Origin: Candidatus Polarisedimenticolia bacterium
GTDB taxonomy: Bacteria > Acidobacteriota > Polarisedimenticolia > JACPZX01 > DASXTC01
Length of the DNA stretch: 64,000 nt
Reading direction: 5' to 3'
Assembly (NCBI GenBank): GCA_050747525.1
Contig: JBOGOC010000080.1
Location: forward strand, 18,294-82,293
The notes under the pieces are model-generated. The model worked only from the letters and a program-made list of their open reading frames with translations, ran no database searches and was not told where the DNA came from. The translations under genes were made by a program, and so were the position numbers. Shown here in pieces: positions 56,104 to 64,000 of this stretch; position 1 is the stretch's first letter; each line of letters opens with the position of its first letter.

Positions 56104-59100
56104 GCGGCTCGCTGCGCTTCGGCAGTGGGAATGACGTGCAGCGTGCCGGCCATCGCGGGGTTCGCCCTCAGGTGGGCCGCCAGCGCGTCCTTCGCCTTCG
56201 CCTGAGAGGTGAAGGTGACGGCTTCGGACAGGCGGGTGTTGTCTTCGAGCATGGCGATGGTGAAGCCCGGCTCGGTGGCGACGACCTTGTCCGCGAACGG
56301 CACCTTCGCTGCCCGGTTCGCCCGGGAGAGCACGGAACGCGAGGTGGCGTTGCTGCCCAGCATCACCAGGAACCAGGCCTTGCCGGCATCGAAGAAGCTC
56401 CGGGCATGCTGCTTGAAGTTGTTGTCGATGGTGACCAGCTCGTGGAGCACCATCCGCTTCACCGCGTGGCTGGTGCGCGTCTCCGAACCGGACACCGAGA
56501 CGTCCGCGCCGGCCACCTGCTTCTCGTATCCCGGGGAGGACAGCTTCGCCCCGGAGTCCATCTCCACGTACTGCGAGGTGGCGAAGGGCTCGAGGGCCGC
56601 GGCCTTGCGCTCCATCCCTGGCGTTGCGACGACGAGGCTCGCGCGCTCGATGTCGGAGACGGAGCGGTTGCCGATCTTGTGGATCGACAGCTCCAGCGGC
56701 ACCGCCCGCTGGCTGATCCGGAGCACCCCGAGAGGATGCAGCACCAGCTCCGCGGCCGCCTCGATGGCGCGCAGGCTCACCGAAAGGTGCGCCCCGGCAG
56801 GAGGCAGGGCGAGCCAGTTCTCGCGCTTCTCGAGCTCTCCCTGGAGAATCGGCATCGCCTCGATCGCCGCCAGCACCGTGTCCGCGCTCTCGCCCCAGGT
56901 GTGCGAGAACGGCACGTCGATGTCGAAGAAGAGGAGAGGGATGGATCCGATGCCCTCCACGTGCCACGGCGAGGTTCCTTCCAGCGCACCCTTGATCCGC
57001 ACCGAAAAGGCCCCGACGCCGAACACCCTCACCGAGAGGGAGCAGGAGAAGTCGACGATGAAGTGGAAGGGGGAGAACTGGAACAGCGCATCGAAGCCGA
57101 TGTGGCCTTCGATGGAAAACTCGTCCAGGCCGAAGAACAGCTCGGCGCGCGCGCCGATCTGCGCGGTGTTGGAGGTGACCGCCAGGTAACCCTCCAGCCG
57201 GATGCGTGCGTTCGGCTCATTGAGGATGGAGATGGCAACGCGCCGCGGGACGGGGAAGGGGAGAGGCGGCGGGTTGAACCTCGGGTGAAAGCCCCCCACG
57301 CTGAGAAGGAGGGCGGAATCGTCGCCCCCCCACGCGAAGAGAAAGCCCATCTCCCCATCCAGGGTGATGGACAGCACCCGGCTGTCGAAGAGCGCGGCGA
57401 ACAACCAGAGCCGGCTGCGGTCCATCTCCAGCGCGCCGACGAACCTGACCTGCACCACGACCAGCGGCTCCTCCTCGTCCGGGAGCACGCATCGGATGAC
57501 ACCCAGGATGGCGACGTTGCCCGGCGGCAGCTCGATGACCAGGCCGATCGTGGCGGTGACCAGGGGGGGCGTCAGCCAGGAGATCCTGGCCATCGGTCCG
57601 ATCAGGAACGTGCCCTGCTCGGGCGGGAAGTACCGCCGCATGTCGGAGAGGATCTGCGGCGCGTTGGCGATGACGTCGCTCGGGAACATTACGCTCTGCA
57701 CGGCGCCGGTGCGCACCCCTTCCGCCAGCTCCTCGAGGCGCATCGTCCGGTGCAGGCCCAGGAGCCCGCCGACCGCGTGCAGCGCGAATCCGAACCCCAG
57801 CTGGAAGGGTTTTCCGAACTCCGCGGTGACCATGATCAGGAGCGAGAAGCCGTCCGAGCCGTCCGGCATCCGGGTGGTGATGAGCCCGATGGCCTTCAGA
57901 GCCAGCACTTCGGAGAACACCAGCTCGAGCGCGCCGGCGTATTCGCCCTTCTCGTAGTCCAGGTAGAGGTAGCCCCCGCCCTTGACCATGTTGGCGTCGA
58001 TCACCAGGCCCACGCCCGTGGGCGGCTTGAAGCGCAGACGCAGGTCGACCGGCCCGAGCGGCGCGTCGGCCTGGCTCGAGAAGTCGAGCACGAGCTCCAC
58101 CCCCATCCGCTCCACGATGGCGGTGAGGGGCCCCAGGAGGGCGGTGATCCCGGCGGAGGCTTCGAGCGCGAGCGAGCCGTCGTCGCGGATCTTCAAGATG
58201 ATGTAGAGGGTGTCCAGGCGCGCCGCGCCCAGGTCCTGGTGCATGGGGATGGCGATCTCGAGGCCGCCGGCCGCCTTGAACACGATGCCCTGGCTCATCC
58301 TCCAGCAGAGCCCCAGGTCGAAGACGCCGCGCACCTCGGCGCGCGACAGCAGCGAGGCGAGGAAGCTGTCCGAATCTTTCGAGCCCAGGGTGAGCGTCAG
58401 CCCCTTGAGCTCCGCCGCGACGCTCGGATCGATGCTCACCTGGCCGGTGGTTCCGGCGCCGATGGTCAGCTCGGCCCCGATCCCGACGTCCTGGGCCGTC
58501 AGATGGACGAGGTCGTTGCCCCCCACGATGGTGAAGCCGCGCGCCTCGGGGTTGCGGTTCACCAGGAACGAGATGGCGCCCCCGATGGTGCCCATCTTGG
58601 GGGCCGCGGAGGACTCGAAGGGTGGCTTCCAGCGGAAGATCACGCCCCCGTCGAGCGCGATCGAGGACTTGAAGTCCATGCCCCAGAGGTCGTTGATCAG
58701 CACGCGCTGGTCGAAGTTGTGCGTGGTGGCGGCGCTGAGGTCCAGCATCAGCCCGGGCGGGGCTACGGAGCTGTCGCGGCTCCAGCGGAACGGGCTCACT
58801 TCGAAGAACGCGTCGCCGCCTGTCTCGCCGCGCCCGAGGGAGGTCCCCTCCCGGTAGAACGCCAGCATCCCGTCCATGAGCTCGCCCGGGTCGAACTGAG
58901 CGGTTCCCCATTTGTGGACCGCCGCCAGGTGCGCGGCGGCATCGCGGATCAGATCCCTGATGCGCTCGAGGCGCAGCTCCTTCTGGACGTAGCGCGGCTC
59001 GTGGAGCTGGCCGGTCGGCTGGACCACGCGCCATTCGATGAGGCCGAGGAGCTTCAGCAGGTACACCAGCCGGGGAGAGTGCCCCTCGAGGACGCTGATG

Positions 59101-59510
59101 ACCAGGTAGCCGAACGCCCGTCGCGCCAACTGCGGGGCGAAGGCCTGCACTGCGGTGAGATCCGGCACCGGCAGTGCCGTCGCCGCGGCCTCGATCCGAT
59201 CGACCAGCTGCGCCACCGCGTCGCCGAAACGATAGACCCCTTCGAGGAGGTGGACGAGGGCCTTCGCCAGATCGACTTCGGCCCCGCTGGCCAGCGCCGC
59301 GTCCAGCTCGTCCGCGGCAAGGGAGAGCACCACCGCGGCATCCGCCAGCGCCGTGGCGGCGGCCTTGACGGCCGGGTCGACGACCAAGGCATCGGGCATC
59401 TGGAGGCCGAGCGGTTCGGTGTCGAGGTCGACGGTGAAGCTGGACACTTCCCCGAGGGCGCGCGCGATCCACGCCCCCAGCCGCGCGATGTAGATCTCGT
59501 CTCCAGCCAT
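56100..59510 (-). CDS. giant hypothetical protein C (1136 aa); reminds me of the DUF6603 family (recollection only, unverified)
   Basis: ATG at 59510, 5 nt after the S8 peptidase stop. MAGDEIYIARLGAWIARALGEVSSF..., then a helical N-terminal third, then a beta-rich body (YAGALELVFSEVLALKAIGLITTRMPDGSDGFSLLIMVTAEF, LLLSVGGFHPRFNPPPLPFPVPRRVAISI). No signal peptide or TM segment. Confidence 0.85.
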   Translation of the reverse strand: MAGDEIYIARLGAWIARALGEVSSFTVDLDTEPLGLQMPDALVVDPAVKAAATALADAAVVLSLAADELDAALASGAEVDLAKALVHLLEGVYRFGDAVAQLVDRIEAAATALPVPDLTAVQAFAPQLARRAFGYLVISVLEGHSPRLVYLLKLLGLIEWRVVQPTGQLHEPRYVQKELRLERIRDLIRDAAAHLAAVHKWGTAQFDPGELMDGMLAFYREGTSLGRGETGGDAFFEVSPFRWSRDSSVAPPGLMLDLSAATTHNFDQRVLINDLWGMDFKSSIALDGGVIFRWKPPFESSAAPKMGTIGGAISFLVNRNPEARGFTIVGGNDLVHLTAQDVGIGAELTIGAGTTGQVSIDPSVAAELKGLTLTLGSKDSDSFLASLLSRAEVRGVFDLGLCWRMSQGIVFKAAGGLEIAIPMHQDLGAARLDTLYIILKIRDDGSLALEASAGITALLGPLTAIVERMGVELVLDFSSQADAPLGPVDLRLRFKPPTGVGLVIDANMVKGGGYLYLDYEKGEYAGALELVFSEVLALKAIGLITTRMPDGSDGFSLLIMVTAEFGKPFQLGFGFALHAVGGLLGLHRTMRLEELAEGVRTGAVQSVMFPSDVIANAPQILSDMRRYFPPEQGTFLIGPMARISWLTPPLVTATIGLVIELPPGNVAILGVIRCVLPDEEEPLVVVQVRFVGALEMDRSRLWLFAALFDSRVLSITLDGEMGFLFAWGGDDSALLLSVGGFHPRFNPPPLPFPVPRRVAISILNEPNARIRLEGYLAVTSNTAQIGARAELFFGLDEFSIEGHIGFDALFQFSPFHFIVDFSCSLSVRVFGVGAFSVRIKGALEGTSPWHVEGIGSIPLLFFDIDVPFSHTWGESADTVLAAIEAMPILQGELEKRENWLALPPAGAHLSVSLRAIEAAAELVLHPLGVLRISQRAVPLELSIHKIGNRSVSDIERASLVVATPGMERKAAALEPFATSQYVEMDSGAKLSSPGYEKQVAGADVSVSGSETRTSHAVKRMVLHELVTIDNNFKQHARSFFDAGKAWFLVMLGSNATSRSVLSRANRAAKVPFADKVVATEPGFTIAMLEDNTRLSEAVTFTSQAKAKDALAAHLRANPAMAGTLHVIPTAEAQRAA

Positions 59511-59515
59511 CAGGT

Positions 59516-61669
59516 CTACTTGTGGCTCTCCAGCGCGTCCGCCATCCCGCTGCCGAACGCCCGATCGTGCGCCGTCCCGGTCAGGCCCACGCCTTTTCGA
59601 TTGGCGGCGGCGGCGATCAGGGCGTTGCGGACACTGGTCGTGTTCAGCGCGGCATTCTTGTCCAGCATCAGGGCGACGATGCCGGTCACCATCGGCGCCG
59701 AAATGCTTGTTCCACTCTTCTTGGTGAAACGGACACCCGAGGTCCACGGCGGTACTTTCACGCCCGTGCCGACATTGGTGTCCACGCCCTCCGCCGACGA
59801 GATGTCCACACCCGGCGCGGCGAGCTCCGGCTTGGTGGCGATGAGAGGCTTGGAGCCGGGCGGATCCGAGAAATCTCGCAGCGGTCCGCGGGAAGAGGAG
59901 CTGTCGATCTTGTGGTCTGCGTGGTTATAGGACCCCACAGTGATCACGTGCTGTCCGTAAGTGTCGACGACCGAGAACTCCGACGTGATGGCGGCCGGGA
60001 CCGCCGGATCAAGGGGGTCGAGTGGGTTGGCCCTCTGCGTGGCGATCGTGAAGAAGGCAGAGCCCCCGAAGCCCCAGCCCGCTTCAGAACCCATGAAGAA
60101 GATTTCGGTTCCCCCGGGGGCCGTGATCAGCACCTCGTAGATACCTTCGATGTATGTGACGGTGGCGCCAACGACCTTTGGTGTGACGAGGAGCTGGAAC
60201 CTGTGCCGGCGCACCGTCCCGCCGGACGGATGTGGCACCGAGGGATTACTTTCGTGCCGGGCCACCACCCGGTGGACGTTGCCTCCGCTCGTAACCTCCG
60301 TGAGAGAAGGGGGCGACCCGGCGTTGAGCTGCAGCTTCTTCTCCAGCTTCTGTCCGACACCCAAGTCCACGTTGAAGAGCATCTGGTGCGGGAGGCGCAG
60401 CGAGAACTTCACCTTGTCGAAGTTACGGCGGTACCAGAAAGAAGCGACCATGTCCGGATGGTGCAGGCTGGTAGCGCAGTTCTGCCACGTGTGGCGGGGT
60501 CCTCCGAAGCGGCGCTCCTTGAGCTCCAGCGGCACGATGATCGTTCCGCCTGCCGGGACCTTGATCCTCGCGACCTTGCTATCGGCCATGTCGCCCGTGT
60601 TGCCGGCCGCCTTCACGATGATGGCGCCCTTGGGGAAATTGAGGTCCCCTGCCGGCTTGCCGGGATCCATGAGGCTGTCCAGAAAGATCGAGTTCTCGTC
60701 CAGGCCGTCGCCGGGCTTGTGTGTGTCGCCGAAGCTCATGTTGATCACGACGGGCTTGCCCAGCTCCTTCGCCGTCCGCAGGCAGTAGATCACGGCGTCG
60801 CGGAGCCGTCTGCGCCAGTCCACTTCGAGTCCCATACCCGTTGCCAGCTTGAACCTGATGGTGTCGGGAACGTCGAGAAGCTTGACCGCGATGATCTCGG
60901 CCTCCGGGGCCACGCCGACCCTGCTGGCGTTGGCTCCGGTGACCGCCGGGAACAGCGTACCCCCCGCCGCAATGCCGGCGACGTGCGTGCCATGGCCGCT
61001 GCAGTCCTTGTGCGCGATCGCCACCGTGCTGTTGAGGGCAATGTTGATATCCCCGGCGCTGAACTCGACTCCGTACGTTCCGCCTGGGAGGAGAAGGTCC
61101 TCTCTCGGGCAATCGTCGAGGCTGGCCGGGTCCAGGCCCTGGTCCCAGATTCGCCTGATCCGTGTCCTGGGTGGGTTCAGGCTCTTCATGAACATCGGGT
61201 GCGTGACGTCGATTCCGGTGTCGAGGATCGCGACGAGCACACCTGTCCCGGTGCCGTCGGGCACGCTGGTGAGCTGGCCTGACGCGACAACCGCGTGCCA
61301 CAGTCCATCGCCTCCGAGGCCCGCGGTACCGGGAGCGGAAGCGATAGCGGCCGAAGAGGCTCGCGCCTTGATGTCAGGGACCGCCCTGTCCAGGGTGGCG
61401 TGAGGCCGGCCTCCCGTCGACATCCACAGCACCCCGGGGTGCGCCACGAGGGCGCTGATGTCCTTGAAGCGCACCACCCCCATCGCCTCGTCGTCGAACA
61501 CCGCATGGGTCTCGAACCCGAGGGCCTCGATCGACGCCAGGTCCCCCTCGAATCGCAGCAAGCAGGTGATGCCATCATCCGGGAGGCGTTCGCGCTCCTG
61601 TTCCCAGGCGCGCAGGGTTATGAAAAGGTTGTTGTCCAGCTTCTCTAATCCGCTGTCAGGATCGGGCAT
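59516..61669 (-). CDS. S8-family (subtilisin-like) serine peptidase, leaderless, 717 aa
   Basis: Catalytic triad motifs VAILDTGIDVTHP (Asp150), SGHGTHVAGIAAGG (His226) and KSGTSISAPMVTGIVALM (Ser655), with the oxyanion AAGN (Asn357). There is no signal peptide. The N-terminal ~100 aa are propeptide-like (I9-type beta-alpha pattern). Confidence 0.93.
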   Translation of the reverse strand: MPDPDSGLEKLDNNLFITLRAWEQERERLPDDGITCLLRFEGDLASIEALGFETHAVFDDEAMGVVRFKDISALVAHPGVLWMSTGGRPHATLDRAVPDIKARASSAAIASAPGTAGLGGDGLWHAVVASGQLTSVPDGTGTGVLVAILDTGIDVTHPMFMKSLNPPRTRIRRIWDQGLDPASLDDCPREDLLLPGGTYGVEFSAGDINIALNSTVAIAHKDCSGHGTHVAGIAAGGTLFPAVTGANASRVGVAPEAEIIAVKLLDVPDTIRFKLATGMGLEVDWRRRLRDAVIYCLRTAKELGKPVVINMSFGDTHKPGDGLDENSIFLDSLMDPGKPAGDLNFPKGAIIVKAAGNTGDMADSKVARIKVPAGGTIIVPLELKERRFGGPRHTWQNCATSLHHPDMVASFWYRRNFDKVKFSLRLPHQMLFNVDLGVGQKLEKKLQLNAGSPPSLTEVTSGGNVHRVVARHESNPSVPHPSGGTVRRHRFQLLVTPKVVGATVTYIEGIYEVLITAPGGTEIFFMGSEAGWGFGGSAFFTIATQRANPLDPLDPAVPAAITSEFSVVDTYGQHVITVGSYNHADHKIDSSSSRGPLRDFSDPPGSKPLIATKPELAAPGVDISSAEGVDTNVGTGVKVPPWTSGVRFTKKSGTSISAPMVTGIVALMLDKNAALNTTSVRNALIAAAANRKGVGLTGTAHDRAFGSGMADALESHK

Positions 61670-61768
61670 CCCTGCTCATCCGTGGGGACTCTTGAGGTTC
61701 CGGGGGGGCCACTGTGGCTCCGTCATCTCCCGGGCAGGGGGAAGTTGTGCGGCGGTACAGTAGGTGCC

Positions 61769-61798
61769 TCTATACGCCTACCCTGCAGACGATGTCAA
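61769..61798 (-). promoter_or_regulatory. candidate sigma-70-type promoter between the two S8 genes
   Basis: The minus strand reads TTGACA - 18 nt - TATAGA, inside a visibly lower-GC 189-bp spacer, about 95-125 nt upstream of the ATG at 61669. Confidence 0.4.
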
Positions 61799-61858
61799 TC
61801 CCCTTGCAATGGGACGCTCCGTCTCATGAGCCATTTTTCGTCATGTATGCGCTCCTGC

Positions 61859-63997
61859 CTAGGGTGGCGGCGGTGGTTTGTGGCTCTCGAGCGCGTCCGC
61901 CATTCCGCTTCCGTACGCCCGGTCGTGCGCAGTCCCTGGAGCCGCCGGGTCCACGCCGGGTCGGTTCTTGGCGGCCTTGGTCAGAAGAGTACGGACCTGG
62001 GTGGTGTTCAGCGACGGATTCTTGTCCAGCATCAGGGCGATGACCCCGGTCACCATGGGCGCTGCCATGCTCGTCCCATCCTTCATGGTGAAACGGACGC
62101 CCGCCCTCCACGAAGCAGTGCGCACGCCGGGGCCGGCATTACTGTCTGCACTTTGCGCCGAGTCGATGTCCACGCCCGGGGCGGCGAGCTCCGGCTTCGT
62201 GGCGATGGGGGGCCTTGGAGGATCGGAGTAATCACGCAACGGTCCGCGGGATGAGTTCGCGAAGATCGTGTGATCGGTGTCGTCATAGGCCGCCACCGTG
62301 ATCGCGTGCTGTCCCAGGGTATCGGTTGCGGAGAACTCCTGTGTGATGTTGACCTCTTGAGGGAGTGGTTGGCCGTCGGCCATCGTGCCGGCGATCAGCA
62401 TCGTGACTGCAGTATTGGCAGCCCAGGCTTGGCGATCGCCCATGAAGAAGACCTCGGTGCCGGCGGGGGCGGTGATCCGCACCTCGTAGATCCCCGTGAG
62501 GTAGGTGACCGTTCTGCGACGCACCTTCGGTTCGACAAAGAGAGTGAGCACGTGACGGCGCACCGTCCCACCTGATGGATGTGGCACCGACGGCTCGACT
62601 CCGTGGAGGCAGGCGACCTTGTGGTTGGCCGACCCGGACTGAAGCTGAAGGATGGACAACGATGGTGGAGGCCCTGGGTTCAGTCGCAAGCTCTGGATCA
62701 GGTGCCCGCCCACTCCCAAGTCGGTGCTGAAGGTCGTCTGGTGCGGGAAGCGAAGCGCGAACTTCACCTTGTCGAAGTTCCGCCGGTACCAGAACGTCGT
62801 GCGCAGGAAGGGGCTGTGCACCCTGTCCTTGCCGTTTTTCCATGTGGTGTTGGCCCCCTTGCGGTCGTCCTTGATCTCGATGGGCACGATGATCTGTCCG
62901 GCTTGCGGGACGGTGATCCGCGCGGCCTGGTCATCCGCGACGTTGGGGACGCACGTCACGAGGATGGCGCCGGTTGGGAAATTCATCTTCTTCGTGTCCA
63001 CTGGCTTGCTCGGATCCAAGCGAGCGTCCAGCCAGCGCGAGTTTTGGTCAAGGCCGTCGCCGGCCTGATGGATGGAGCTGACGCTCATGTTGATCACCAC
63101 GGGCTTCTTCAGGACGTACTTGGCCGTCCGCAGGCAGTAGAGCACTGCGTCCCTCCATCTTCTGTCCCAATCCACCGCGTGCCCCATACCCGCCGCCAGC
63201 TTGTACCGGATGGGCTCGGGGTTGTCTTCAAGCTTGACCGCGATGATGTCGGCCTCCGGCGCCACGCCAACCCTGCTGGCGTCGCCTCCCGCCGGGAACA
63301 GCGGCCCCCCCGCCGCGATCCCGGCCACGTGAGTGCCGTGGCCGTTGGAGTCCTGGTGCTTGATCGGAGCTCCCCCGTTGAGGGCCGCCTCGATCTCGAA
63401 GTTGTCGAACTCGACTCCATAGGTTCCACCTGGATTGAGCAGGTTCTCATCCGGGCAATCCTGGCGCCTTGTAGGAACGAGCCCCTGGTCCCAGATCCGC
63501 ATGATTCGCGTCACTTTGGGAGGGCCGAGGCTCTTCATGAACATCGGGTGCGTGAAGTCGATCCCGGTGTCGATGATCGCCACGATCACGTCCTTCCCGG
63601 TGCCATCGGGCACGCTCTTGAGCGTGCCGAACGCGTCACCAACCGGGTGCCAGACTCCGTCGCCTCCGACGGCATCGGCCTTGGAGGCTCGGGCCTTGAT
63701 GTCCCGGACCGCTGTGTCCAGGCTGATGCGGCGCGGCTCTCCCGTTTCCATCCAGAGCACCCCGGGGTGAGCCGCCAGGGCGCGGAGGTCGCTGAATCGC
63801 ACCGCCCCCATCGCCTCGTCGTTCGACACCGCGTGAGTCTCGAACCCCAGCCCCTCCATGGGCGCCAGGTCCCCCTCGAATCGCAGTGTCAGGGTGATGC
63901 CGTCGTCCGGCTGGCGTTCGGGCTCCTGTTCCCAGGCCTGCAGGGCCATGAACAGGTCGGCATTCAGTTTCTCCAGTCCGCTGTCAGATGGGGGCAT
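61859..63997 (-). CDS. S8-family (subtilisin-like) serine peptidase paralog, leaderless, 712 aa
   Basis: VAIIDTGIDFTHP, NGHGTHVAGIAAGG and KDGTSMAAPMVTGVIALM. It is collinear with the 59516-61669 product along its whole length (roughly 60% identical by eye). The ATG at 63997 is 3 nt from the window edge, so upstream context is unknown. Confidence 0.93.
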   Translation of the reverse strand: MPPSDSGLEKLNADLFMALQAWEQEPERQPDDGITLTLRFEGDLAPMEGLGFETHAVSNDEAMGAVRFSDLRALAAHPGVLWMETGEPRRISLDTAVRDIKARASKADAVGGDGVWHPVGDAFGTLKSVPDGTGKDVIVAIIDTGIDFTHPMFMKSLGPPKVTRIMRIWDQGLVPTRRQDCPDENLLNPGGTYGVEFDNFEIEAALNGGAPIKHQDSNGHGTHVAGIAAGGPLFPAGGDASRVGVAPEADIIAVKLEDNPEPIRYKLAAGMGHAVDWDRRWRDAVLYCLRTAKYVLKKPVVINMSVSSIHQAGDGLDQNSRWLDARLDPSKPVDTKKMNFPTGAILVTCVPNVADDQAARITVPQAGQIIVPIEIKDDRKGANTTWKNGKDRVHSPFLRTTFWYRRNFDKVKFALRFPHQTTFSTDLGVGGHLIQSLRLNPGPPPSLSILQLQSGSANHKVACLHGVEPSVPHPSGGTVRRHVLTLFVEPKVRRRTVTYLTGIYEVRITAPAGTEVFFMGDRQAWAANTAVTMLIAGTMADGQPLPQEVNITQEFSATDTLGQHAITVAAYDDTDHTIFANSSRGPLRDYSDPPRPPIATKPELAAPGVDIDSAQSADSNAGPGVRTASWRAGVRFTMKDGTSMAAPMVTGVIALMLDKNPSLNTTQVRTLLTKAAKNRPGVDPAAPGTAHDRAYGSGMADALESHKPPPPP

Positions 63998-64000
63998 CGT

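Noticed and set aside
45348-59510. Interpretation of the giant proteins as a Tc toxin complex, an RHS/polymorphic toxin, or an eCIS/T6SS-like contractile system
   Set aside because: I saw no YD/RHS repeats, no TcA/TcB-like sequence, no sheath/tube/baseplate/spike-like N-termini, no AAA+/ClpV-type Walker motifs and no PAAR. The idea needs profile searches before it can be fully excluded.

Overview
High-GC (about 65-70% by eye) chromosomal segment from a diderm bacterium, judged from the TolC/RND efflux genes, a TonB-like protein, PilT and PQQ-propeller proteins. TSP3 repeats, slime-mold-type Cys repeats and a Y_Y_Y sensor kinase suggest a soil Myxococcota- or Acidobacteriota-like lineage, but taxonomy cannot be fixed from sequence alone. 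I saw no rRNA, tRNA, CRISPR array, transposase or integrase. Layout: (1) 1-9.7 kb is housekeeping: argS 5' part, a secreted protein, a PP2C phosphatase, a RodZ-like protein, pilT and a PLP decarboxylase. (2) 9.8-18 kb holds a GAF/sigma-54 activator, then a near-consensus -24/-12 promoter, a 78-aa protein and a TolC-MFP-RND efflux operon. (3) 18.1-19.5 kb holds an ECF sigma factor, a mini anti-sigma factor and a secreted protein. (4) 19.6-25.7 kb is a 2033-aa secreted beta-helical repeat protein with six ~232-aa tandem repeats. (5) 26.5-32.5 kb is an AbgT / M17 aminopeptidase / glutaminase / SLC13 operon. (6) 32.5-33.9 kb is a PQQ-propeller gene whose last blade sits in another frame, apparently from a 1-nt indel. 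(7) 34.1-64.0 kb is an unbroken 30-kb run of eleven minus-strand genes. The run starts with two tandem leaderless S8 subtilases. Four tightly coupled giant proteins follow (1136, 1106, 1868 and 609 aa) in which I can recognise no domain; this is the main candidate for an undescribed system. After them come a Y_Y_Y histidine kinase, a LuxR-type response regulator, a 1562-aa BNR/Cys-repeat secreted protein, a beta-helix protein and a membrane protein. Most other long ORFs in the six-frame track are GC-driven shadow ORFs antisense to, or out of frame with, these genes.
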